Source: Verrucomicrobiales bacterium (GTDB lineage: Bacteria; Verrucomicrobiota; Verrucomicrobiia; Verrucomicrobiales; V1-33). Taken from it: a stretch of 20,250 nt of DNA. Numbering within the stretch: position 1 is the first letter of the stretch; every line of letters begins with the position of its first letter. The translations under genes were made by a program, and so were the position numbers. Under the pieces are notes generated by a model. That model had not been told where the DNA came from, did no database searches, and was given only the letters and a program-made list of their open reading frames with translations. Positions 10,498-17,920 of the stretch are shown in pieces. Where the stretch lies: NCBI GenBank assembly GCA_046155625.1, contig JBJXFS010000101.1:1-20250 (forward strand). The letters run 5' to 3'.

Positions 10498-10771
10498 GGG
10501 TATGCGGGGATGGGGATGAGTGCGGTCAAACCTAGGGCGCGGGAGGCTAGCCGCGACCATCATCCCCGGCAATTGAGAATTTATGCCGCTCCAGAATAAG
10601 CGGTCCGGCGGCCGGCGGGAGGGGATTTTGGGTTTTGGATTTTGGAAATGGAGGGCGAAACCGAAAACCGAGTATCGCCGATCCAAAATGGGAGGGCGGC
10701 GGGGTGGTGGTTCCACCGCGGGCGGCACTTCGTACTTGGCGAACGGTTAATTTCCGATACCGGGCAGGGGG

Positions 10772-11188
10772 ATGATGGAACGATTTTTTGATCAGAACGG
10801 CGAGTGGCTCTTGTATATGGGAGTGGCCTCGGCGGTGATGTTCATGGCCTCGCTGATAGTGATTCCGATATTGGTGATCCGGATGCGGGCGGACTATTTC
10901 GTGGATCGCGAGAGTCACCAACCGGCGCTGACCGGCCTGCACCCGGCGCTCCGCTGGACGCTTCTGATCGGAAAGAATGTCTTGGGCATCCTCCTGCTGC
11001 TCCTGGGGTTGTCGATGCTGATCGGGCCGGGGCAAGGAGTGATCACGGTGCTGCTGTCGCTGTCGTTGCTGAATTTTCCGGGAAAGCGGCGTCTGGAGAT
11101 CCGGTTGTTGCGGGTACCCGGCATGCTGGCGGGGATCAATCGGTTGAGGCGCCGCGCGGGCCGTGATCCGGTGTTGCTGCCTGACTAA
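10772..11188 (+). CDS. Small integral membrane protein (hypothetical)
   Basis: 138 aa. Two strongly hydrophobic segments (AVMFMASLIVIPILVI and LGILLLLLGLSMLIGPG...VLLSLSLL) are separated by a short loop, followed by an Arg-rich C-terminus. It is divergent from the lipoprotein genes. Confidence 0.5.
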   Translation: MMERFFDQNGEWLLYMGVASAVMFMASLIVIPILVIRMRADYFVDRESHQPALTGLHPALRWTLLIGKNVLGILLLLLGLSMLIGPGQGVITVLLSLSLLNFPGKRRLEIRLLRVPGMLAGINRLRRRAGRDPVLLPD

Positions 11189-11252
11189 CCGGGCCCCAGT
11201 ATGGCGCTGCGTCTCGAGTTCGCGGTGATCCGAGAGGCTGCCCGATTGTTCC

Positions 11253-12008
11253 ATGCGCCGACTCACCACTGTCCACACCGGATTGCAGAAAATCGATGTC
11301 TGGGGGGATGGTGCGCCCAGCGAGGCGCGTCAGGTCGAGTTCCGTGTGGCTGGCGCCGCACATGCATGGTGGCATCGCGATCGGTATCTCACGGGCCTGG
11401 CTTGGGACAATATTTGTGCCGCCTGTCTGCTCCGGCCAGCGGGGCCGCCGCATTCGGTCTTGATGCTGGGATTGGCCGGAGGCACCAGCCTGCGGGCGCT
11501 GCGTCATCTGGTGCCGAACATTCGTGTCACGGCGGTCGATTATGACCCGGGCATTATTCAACTGGCTCGCCGTTACATGGATCTCGACTCGCTCCGCGCG
11601 ACAATTCATCCCGGCGACGCGTACGCTTTTGTGCGGACGTACCGGGGTCCGCCGTTCGATGTCGTGGTGGACGACGTGTACCAGGCCCTCGACCATGATG
11701 TGGCGCGCCCCGGGGCGTGGTCGGATGACTTATCGCAGTGCTTGCGCCGATTGGTGGCCCCGGGCGGACTTCTCGTTGTCAATTTGGTCACTGGCTTCGG
11801 TCACCGCGCGCTCCAGAGCGATTTCCGTCGCATGTTGCGTCGTCAGTGGCCTGAAGTGCGGAGCGTGACGACGCCGCGCGGAATGAACGAAGCCCTCACC
11901 GCTGGCGAGCGCGTGCTCGGGGGCCGCGCCCTCGGCCGCTGGCGGAATCATTGGGCTCTGGAGCAGGATCGTGCCCACTGGGATAGACTGCGGGTGCGGC
12001 GGCTCTGA
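11253..12008 (+). CDS. Spermidine-synthase-like / class I SAM-dependent methyltransferase-fold protein
   Basis: 251 aa. The glycine-rich nucleotide-binding loop VLMLGLAGGTSLRAL, then the acidic strand VTAVDYDPGII and later GDAYAF...FDVVVDDVY fit the spermine/spermidine synthase (aminopropyltransferase) Rossmann-fold pattern. Substrate cannot be assigned. Confidence 0.5.
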   Translation: MRRLTTVHTGLQKIDVWGDGAPSEARQVEFRVAGAAHAWWHRDRYLTGLAWDNICAACLLRPAGPPHSVLMLGLAGGTSLRALRHLVPNIRVTAVDYDPGIIQLARRYMDLDSLRATIHPGDAYAFVRTYRGPPFDVVVDDVYQALDHDVARPGAWSDDLSQCLRRLVAPGGLLVVNLVTGFGHRALQSDFRRMLRRQWPEVRSVTTPRGMNEALTAGERVLGGRALGRWRNHWALEQDRAHWDRLRVRRL

Positions 12009-12147
12009 GGGAGGGGGTGGATAGGGGCTGAAGGGACGAAAGGGACGCCAGGGACTGAAGGATGCGCAGCGAGTCCCTCCTCCAATCCGCCACTGACCTC
12101 CGACCTTCGACCTCCGACCGCCGATTCGCACTGGCGTTTTCACGTCA

Positions 12148-13728
12148 GTGGTGCTAATCCGGTCGCTGATGTCGGATTCACGGCCAACGCGCAAATCGTA
12201 CTCTGAAGCCATGAACGAGTGGGCCTCGCGAGAAGGGCGGGCGTCGTTTTCCCAGCGATCCCGCGTTTCCACGCTGGTTCCGGATCCGTTCGCGCATCCT
12301 ATGGTGAAAGTCCTCGGGTACGTTTGGCGCTTGGGATTGATCGTGCTGGTCGGCATGGCGGCCTATTGGCTGATGTTTCGTTCCCATTTGGGGGGCAAAG
12401 AGTTTGCGGCGCGCATGGCCGAGGCGGCGAGAACGTATCTGGGAGCGCAGAGTGCTCAATTGACTCCCTTGGTCTGGAACGGGGACCAGGCGACCGGGCG
12501 ACAATTCTCAGCCACGGGCGGCCCGGATGCGGCCTACCAGTTGGTGACGGCGGACGACGTTTCGTTTCGTGTTCCATTTACCATGTTTTGGGAGCCGGAG
12601 TGGCGGCTGAGCCGCGTAACGGTCCGGGCCCTGCAGGTTGAGTTCCACTCGGACCTTCGGACGGGGGCCACAGCGGCGGCGGAAAACGACAAGATCGAAG
12701 CGGTGCTCGATTCCTTTTCGCCGCCGGTGCTGACGGCGCCGGGCGACGCGGTGGAACTCGATGTGTCCGCGCCCGATCCGTCGCTGATCCCGGAGCCGAA
12801 AGGGCGTGATGCGCGCGTGCTCGATCTGGATCTGCGGAAGGACGGGCTCGATGTGTCGCCGAGATTCAACAGTGTGCGCATTGCGGGCGTGGATGCCGCG
12901 CGATTTGAAGCCGGCTGGGGAGTCGAGGGAAATGGGCGTGGCGAGTTGCGTCTGGCGTCGCTGCAGGCGCGGCTCGGCGCCGATGGCACGTGGGGCATCG
13001 AGGTGCCATCGGGCGTCCTGTCGCAGAACTGGCTGCGCGGGATCAAAGTGACCCGATTGCTCGCCAGGCTGCGGGGGAGCGAATTGGCGATCGAGAATAC
13101 GGCGGTGCAGTTGGGCGAAGCCGCGGCCGTGCTGAGCGGGAAGATTCGCGGTGGCGGCGCACCGGATTTCGACCTGACGCTGCAAGGGGAGAATTTCGCG
13201 CTGGAGAGTTTCTGCGGCGAACCCTTTGACCGGTTCATCGATCTCAAGGCCAATGGATCCTTGCGTCTCACCGGCTCGCCCAACCTCGCGACCGGCGTGA
13301 CCATCGAGGGCACGATGCAGGTTCTGGAAGGGGCGATTCGCGGACTGGCCATCCAGCAGGCGTTGGCCAGCGCCACCACGAGAATTCGCTTCCGTGAATT
13401 CGGCATCACCGGCGGTACCATCGCGTTCACCACCAGTGGCGGGCGGTTGCAGGTGACTTCCTTCAATCTGGCGTCGCGAATGGATGTCACGGTGCGCGGG
13501 CGGCTCGATTTCGAGCAATCCGCCTTCAAGGGTGAACTCGAAATTGGCGTGGACCCGGCGCTGTTGTTCAAAGTGACCCCCGAGGTGCAGGAGCGGTTTT
13601 TTGGCCGCCAGGAGGATGGCAAACGCTGGATGACAGTGCCGCTTGAGGGCGGCTACGAACAGCTGTCGGCCGACTTGGCCCGCGAGTTCACCGAAGCGCA
13701 TGAGGCCGCCGTCAAGGACGAGCCGTGA
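12148..13728 (+). CDS. Hypothetical large membrane-anchored protein. The start is uncertain and may be the ATG at 12301.
   Basis: 526-aa ORF. A TM helix (VWRLGLIVLVGMAAYWLMF) is followed by a ~450-aa soluble domain with weak AsmA-like character. The ATG at 12301 (MVKVLGY...) would place the TM helix at the N-terminus. The stop overlaps the next gene's GTG start (GTGA at 13725-13728). Confidence 0.5.
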   Translation: MVLIRSLMSDSRPTRKSYSEAMNEWASREGRASFSQRSRVSTLVPDPFAHPMVKVLGYVWRLGLIVLVGMAAYWLMFRSHLGGKEFAARMAEAARTYLGAQSAQLTPLVWNGDQATGRQFSATGGPDAAYQLVTADDVSFRVPFTMFWEPEWRLSRVTVRALQVEFHSDLRTGATAAAENDKIEAVLDSFSPPVLTAPGDAVELDVSAPDPSLIPEPKGRDARVLDLDLRKDGLDVSPRFNSVRIAGVDAARFEAGWGVEGNGRGELRLASLQARLGADGTWGIEVPSGVLSQNWLRGIKVTRLLARLRGSELAIENTAVQLGEAAAVLSGKIRGGGAPDFDLTLQGENFALESFCGEPFDRFIDLKANGSLRLTGSPNLATGVTIEGTMQVLEGAIRGLAIQQALASATTRIRFREFGITGGTIAFTTSGGRLQVTSFNLASRMDVTVRGRLDFEQSAFKGELEIGVDPALLFKVTPEVQERFFGRQEDGKRWMTVPLEGGYEQLSADLAREFTEAHEAAVKDEP

Positions 13729-16493
13729 GGGCGGTCATCGGCTTGCCAAGGGGATGGGCTTGCGCATGGTCTTGCTTCATGCCTCCATCCCCTGGTGTTG
13801 AAACTCGCCTGAATCACCGGCGCGCCGTCCACGTCGGACTTCTGGCCGCAGCCTGTCTTCGATCCATTCCATCGGCGCCCGCCCTCGAGCCGGTGCCGCC
13901 CTCGATGTTTCACCTCTCGGATCCGAACTTGGAGGTTACCATTTGGGCGCAGTCCCCCCAATTCTTAAATCCCACCAACATCGACATCGATGCGCGAGGC
14001 CGGATTTGGGTGGCTGAAGGTGTGAACTACCGCAAACACCTGAATCGAAAGCCGGAGGGCGATCGCATCATGGTGCTTGAGGATACCGATGGCGATGGGA
14101 AGGCCGACAAGTCATGGCCCTTCGTGCAGGATCCCTTCCTCCGCGCGCCCATGGGAGTGGCCGTCATCGGAAACAAAGTGGTGGTTTCCATGGCCCCGGG
14201 TCTCGTCGTGTTCACCGATGCGGACGGGGACGCCGTGTTCGACCTTTCCAAGGGCGACACCCAGGATGTCCTGCTCGTCGGCTTCAATGGCCGCAATCAC
14301 GATCACTCGCTCCACAGCGTGACGGTCGGGCCGGATGGAAAATGGTACTTCTCGGTCGGCAACTGCGGCGCCGTCTTCACCGACAAGGATGGAAAAACCT
14401 GGCGCATTGGGGCGGGCTCCCAGGACGTTTCGTGGTGGCCGAAAGATCCCGCGCATCCCGATCGCGATCCCAAGGATTTTGGCGGGCAGAAAAGCGACGA
14501 CGGGCGGGTCTATGTCGGCGGATTCATCGCGCGCATGAATCCCGACGGCACCGGCGTCGAAATCCTCGCCCACAACCTCCGCAATTCGTACGAGAATTGT
14601 GTCACGTCCTTCGGCGACATCTTCGCCAGCGACAACGACGACCAGCCCGCTTGCCGGACGTTCGCCGTAATCGAGGGCGCCAACTACGGCTTTGCCTCCC
14701 GCGACGGATGGCGGTCGTGGCAGGCTGATCGCCGGCCCGGCCAGAGCCTCATGACGGCCTCGTGGCGCCAGCACGATCCCGGGGTGGCGCCGGCTGGAGA
14801 CATCTACGGCGGTGGCGCGCCGACCGGCATCGTCTTCTACGAAAACGGCGCCCTCGGCCCCCACCATGAGGGCACCTTACTGCTCTGCGAATCCGCCCGC
14901 AATACCATCTTCGGGTACAAACCGGAGCGCCAGGGCGCCGGCTGGAAGCTCGAACGCTTCGATTTTCTCACTACCAACAAAGACGGCAAAGCCAGCGGCA
15001 CTGATTACACCGGCGGCGACCGATCGGCCCGCGCCGAGGACGTGAAAACCCTCTTCCGGCCATCCGACATCGCCGTCGGCCCGGACGGCGCGCTCTACAT
15101 CGCCGATTGGCTCGACCCGCGCATCGGCGGGCACAACGACCTCGATGACTCGCTCGGCGGAACCATCTACCGCGTCGCCCCCAAGGGGTTTCGCGGCGTG
15201 GTGCCGAAACTCGATCTCACGTCGGTCGAGGGAGCCATCAAGGCGTTGAAAAGCCCCGCCGTCCACGTCCGGGCGCTCGGCGCTGCTGCCCTCGGGCCGC
15301 GGGGGAAGCCGGACAACCTTAATGCAAATGGTGTCCGCTGGAGAGACGCCCTCGAGCACCTGCGCTCCGACGATTCCCCAGGCAATCGATTCCCCGCGGC
15401 GCGCGCGTTTCAACTCCAGGATTTGCACGGCATGTGGCATGGGTCAAACCACCCGAGTCAGATCTCGATGCGGAGCCCGCGAACTCCGATCCCAGGGACC
15501 CGGCATACCGTGGAAAACCTAGCCGGGTTTCCGCGATTGCCCACCTACTCGGTCGGCTACACCGATCGCCATGCGTTGGAAGCCTGGGGGCTGGCCTGCG
15601 AAGGCAAGGAGTCAGAGGTGTACGACGCTGTCCTGGCGTCGCTCGGCGATCCCGATCCGCTCAAATGGTCGGTCCAGTTTGCCGCCCTGGCATGGCGGCT
15701 GCATCCGCCCCAAGCGGTCCCCGGTTTCAAGGTCCGAGCCATGGCCAGTGCCCTCCCGGAACGAATGCGCCTGGACGCCTTGACCGCCATCGCCTTTAAC
15801 GACTCCGCCGAAGCCGCCGCCGCCATGCTGGGAATCGCGGTCGCCACCAAGGGCGAGTCTCCCGCGGGAGAGGGAAGCCAGAACCCTTCCGTCACGCCCA
15901 CACCCACGCCCCCCGTCCACGCCACCGCGGTCTGGTGGCTCATCAATAAAAAGGATGCCGCATGGAAAGCGCATGGCGTGGCCGCCGCCCTGAAATCGCA
16001 GGGGCTTTACGATCCCGAGACGCTGGCACTCACCGCCGTCACCCAGCCCGATCCGCCGCCGGCCGGTTTCGCCGTGGAGGATGTGTTGAAGCTCACCGGC
16101 GACACCGTGCGCGGCGCGACCACCAGCCAACGCTGCCTGATGTGCCACCGCATCGGAGAGGCCGGCGTCGATTTCGGGCCCGACATGACAGGGTGGGGAA
16201 AGACCCAGCCGGCCGAAGTCATCGCCCGCGCCCTCATCGACCCGGGCGCCGATATCGCCCATGGCTTCCATGGAACACGGCTGGATACCCGCGATGGCGT
16301 GGTTATCGAAGGCCTGCTCATCAACGATGCCGATCCGGTGATCATCCAGTCGATGGGCGGCCTCACCCAGACCGTGCCGCGTGACCGGATCAAGTCGAAG
16401 GCCCCGCTCCCGCGCAGCCTCATGCTCTCGGCCGCCGCCCTGGGTCTGACCGCCCAGGACGTCGCGGATCTCGTCAGCTTCCTGCGGCTGTGA
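13725..16493 (+). CDS. PVC-type haem-binding CxxCH protein: beta-propeller 'membrane-bound dehydrogenase' domain + HEAT-like repeats + C-terminal mono-haem cytochrome c domain
   Basis: 922-aa ORF. The N-terminal signal-like region is followed by the propeller signature IDIDARGRIWVAEGVNY...DGKADK...GPDGKWYFSVGNCG typical of the Planctomycetes/Verrucomicrobia-specific dehydrogenase-like domain. The C-terminal region has the single CLMCH haem-binding motif (RCLMCHRIGEAGVDFGPDM). The start may instead be the internal ATG at 13779. Confidence 0.8.
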   Translation: MRAVIGLPRGWACAWSCFMPPSPGVETRLNHRRAVHVGLLAAACLRSIPSAPALEPVPPSMFHLSDPNLEVTIWAQSPQFLNPTNIDIDARGRIWVAEGVNYRKHLNRKPEGDRIMVLEDTDGDGKADKSWPFVQDPFLRAPMGVAVIGNKVVVSMAPGLVVFTDADGDAVFDLSKGDTQDVLLVGFNGRNHDHSLHSVTVGPDGKWYFSVGNCGAVFTDKDGKTWRIGAGSQDVSWWPKDPAHPDRDPKDFGGQKSDDGRVYVGGFIARMNPDGTGVEILAHNLRNSYENCVTSFGDIFASDNDDQPACRTFAVIEGANYGFASRDGWRSWQADRRPGQSLMTASWRQHDPGVAPAGDIYGGGAPTGIVFYENGALGPHHEGTLLLCESARNTIFGYKPERQGAGWKLERFDFLTTNKDGKASGTDYTGGDRSARAEDVKTLFRPSDIAVGPDGALYIADWLDPRIGGHNDLDDSLGGTIYRVAPKGFRGVVPKLDLTSVEGAIKALKSPAVHVRALGAAALGPRGKPDNLNANGVRWRDALEHLRSDDSPGNRFPAARAFQLQDLHGMWHGSNHPSQISMRSPRTPIPGTRHTVENLAGFPRLPTYSVGYTDRHALEAWGLACEGKESEVYDAVLASLGDPDPLKWSVQFAALAWRLHPPQAVPGFKVRAMASALPERMRLDALTAIAFNDSAEAAAAMLGIAVATKGESPAGEGSQNPSVTPTPTPPVHATAVWWLINKKDAAWKAHGVAAALKSQGLYDPETLALTAVTQPDPPPAGFAVEDVLKLTGDTVRGATTSQRCLMCHRIGEAGVDFGPDMTGWGKTQPAEVIARALIDPGADIAHGFHGTRLDTRDGVVIEGLLINDADPVIIQSMGGLTQTVPRDRIKSKAPLPRSLMLSAAALGLTAQDVADLVSFLRL

Positions 16494-16582
16494 GCCGCCA
16501 AGTGCGGTGTTGCAGCGCGATCACGGATGCGCACACTCACCCGAATTCGCATCATTCATCCCTTATCCACCCCGACGACCCC

Positions 16583-17104
16583 ATGAAACTCATCCCCGCC
16601 ACCCTGGCCGCCCTCGCCCTCCTCCTCGCCCCCGCCTCCCCTCTCCCCGCCGACACCCTCAAGGCCGACGCCCAGGCCGCCGGCCTCGACTGGATCATCG
16701 GTACCTGGGGCGACAAGGCCACCAATGGCTCCGCCGTCAAACTCACCTACGAATGGCGCCTCGACGGCCACGTCGTCGGCGTCAAGCTCTCCACCCCGGA
16801 CCGCAACGCCGAAGGCCTCATCGCCCGCAATGCCAAAACTCAGGAAATCGGCTACGTCTCGGTCGACAACCAAGGCGGCGGCGCCATCGGCAAAGTCGAA
16901 GCCGATGCCGGCAACATCGTCATCAAAGTCGCCTACACCGGCGGCGGCAGCGAAGAAGGCAAAATGGCCGTCACCCACGAACAGCGCGGCGCCAATACCA
17001 TGAAACTCGTCGTCAGCTCACTCAGCGACTCCGGCGAGATCCTCGAAACCAAGTTGGAAATCGAACTCGTCAAAATCAAGGAATCCGCGGCCGCTCCCAA
17101 ATAA
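16583..17104 (+). CDS. Secreted lipocalin-like domain protein (hypothetical)
   Basis: Internal ATG at 16583 gives MKLIPATLAALALLLAPASPLPA, a signal peptide. The mature N-terminus WIIGTWGD resembles the GTW start of bacterial lipocalin-like beta-barrels. Extreme NNC codon bias is shared with the next gene. Confidence 0.45.
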   Translation: MKLIPATLAALALLLAPASPLPADTLKADAQAAGLDWIIGTWGDKATNGSAVKLTYEWRLDGHVVGVKLSTPDRNAEGLIARNAKTQEIGYVSVDNQGGGAIGKVEADAGNIVIKVAYTGGGSEEGKMAVTHEQRGANTMKLVVSSLSDSGEILETKLEIELVKIKESAAAPK

Positions 17105-17120
17105 GCCGCCCGCCTGCTCC

Positions 17121-17492
17121 ATGACCGTCAACGCCCTCGCCGAGCAGCCGCCGTTCACCACCAAAGACGGCAGTACCATCCGCAGCCTGCTCGACCGCAC
17201 CAACGCCCCCGTCCAATTCCAGTCGCTCGCCGAAGCCACCCTGCCCGCCGGCCACGCCACCCAACGCCATTACCACAAACTCAGCGAGGAGTTTTACTTC
17301 ATCCTCGAAGGCAACGGATCCATGGAAATCGACGGCCAAACCCGCCCCGTCTCCCCCGGCGACGCCATCCTCATCCCCCCACACGCCTGGCACCAAATCA
17401 CCGCCACCCACCCCCTCCGCTTCCTCTGCTGCTGCGCCCCGCCTTATTCGCATGAGGATGTTTACTTTCAGGAAAAGTTGAATTTCAAGTAA
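17121..17492 (+). CDS. Cupin-domain protein
   Basis: 123 aa. The two cupin motifs are HYHKLSEEFYFILEG (G(X)5HXH(X)3,4E(X)6G-like) and PGDAILIPPHAWHQI (PxGxxHxxxN-like). It is 17 nt downstream of the previous gene and shares its codon usage. Confidence 0.75.
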   Translation: MTVNALAEQPPFTTKDGSTIRSLLDRTNAPVQFQSLAEATLPAGHATQRHYHKLSEEFYFILEGNGSMEIDGQTRPVSPGDAILIPPHAWHQITATHPLRFLCCCAPPYSHEDVYFQEKLNFK

Positions 17493-17569
17493 CTTTAGAC
17501 AATTAGACTCAGAAAGTTGGTGGCAGCGCTGGGCATAAAAAAGAACTGGCCTCTTCGCCGCCACACGCA

Positions 17570-17920
17570 TTAGCTTGTTGCAATTCCCATCGCGACCACC
17601 TGACCATCAGCCCTATTGACCTTAACAACTAGGAATAGCGGCGGCATTTTCTCGATTGTAAAAGCATAAATTACGAAGGTTGCCGGATCGTCTAACGGAC
17701 CAATCAAGGTCTCCCCCAGCTTTGGGGGATAGTCAGTGTAAACGCCGTATGGTGGTCCAAGAATCGCGATAATCTCTTCAATAGTCTTGCAGGGTTGAAC
17801 CTGCGCAAGTGTGCTGCGAACTCGCGATTCTGAATGCAATTTCTTCCACGCAAAAACGGCTAGGCAACCAGCAAAGGCGAATATCACGGTCCATATAAGA
17901 CATTGAAATAGGACTTTCAT
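17570..17920 (-). CDS. Small lipoprotein, putative immunity protein for the adjacent Rhs C-terminal toxin
   Basis: The ATG at 17920-17918 overlaps the TGA stop (17919-17917) of the Rhs gene, giving an ATGA translational-coupling junction. The N-terminus MKVLFQCLIWTVIFAFAGC carries an FAGC lipobox. The gene is AT-rich relative to the window. The six-frame ORF extends to 17941, which would add 7 aa. Confidence 0.5.
   Translation of the reverse strand: MKVLFQCLIWTVIFAFAGCLAVFAWKKLHSESRVRSTLAQVQPCKTIEEIIAILGPPYGVYTDYPPKLGETLIGPLDDPATFVIYAFTIEKMPPLFLVVKVNRADGQVVAMGIATS

Noticed and set aside
12508-13701. 397-aa and 362-aa minus-strand ORFs (12508..13701 and 12534..13622)
   Set aside because: Both are antisense to the 526-aa membrane-anchored protein gene, which is translationally coupled to the PVC-type gene. 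Their composition is Arg/Pro/Ser-rich.
14112-14867. 251-aa minus-strand ORF and the 204-aa plus-frame ORF (14114..14728) inside the PVC-type gene
   Set aside because: They are alternative-frame or antisense ORFs within a gene whose frame carries clear conserved propeller and CxxCH motifs.
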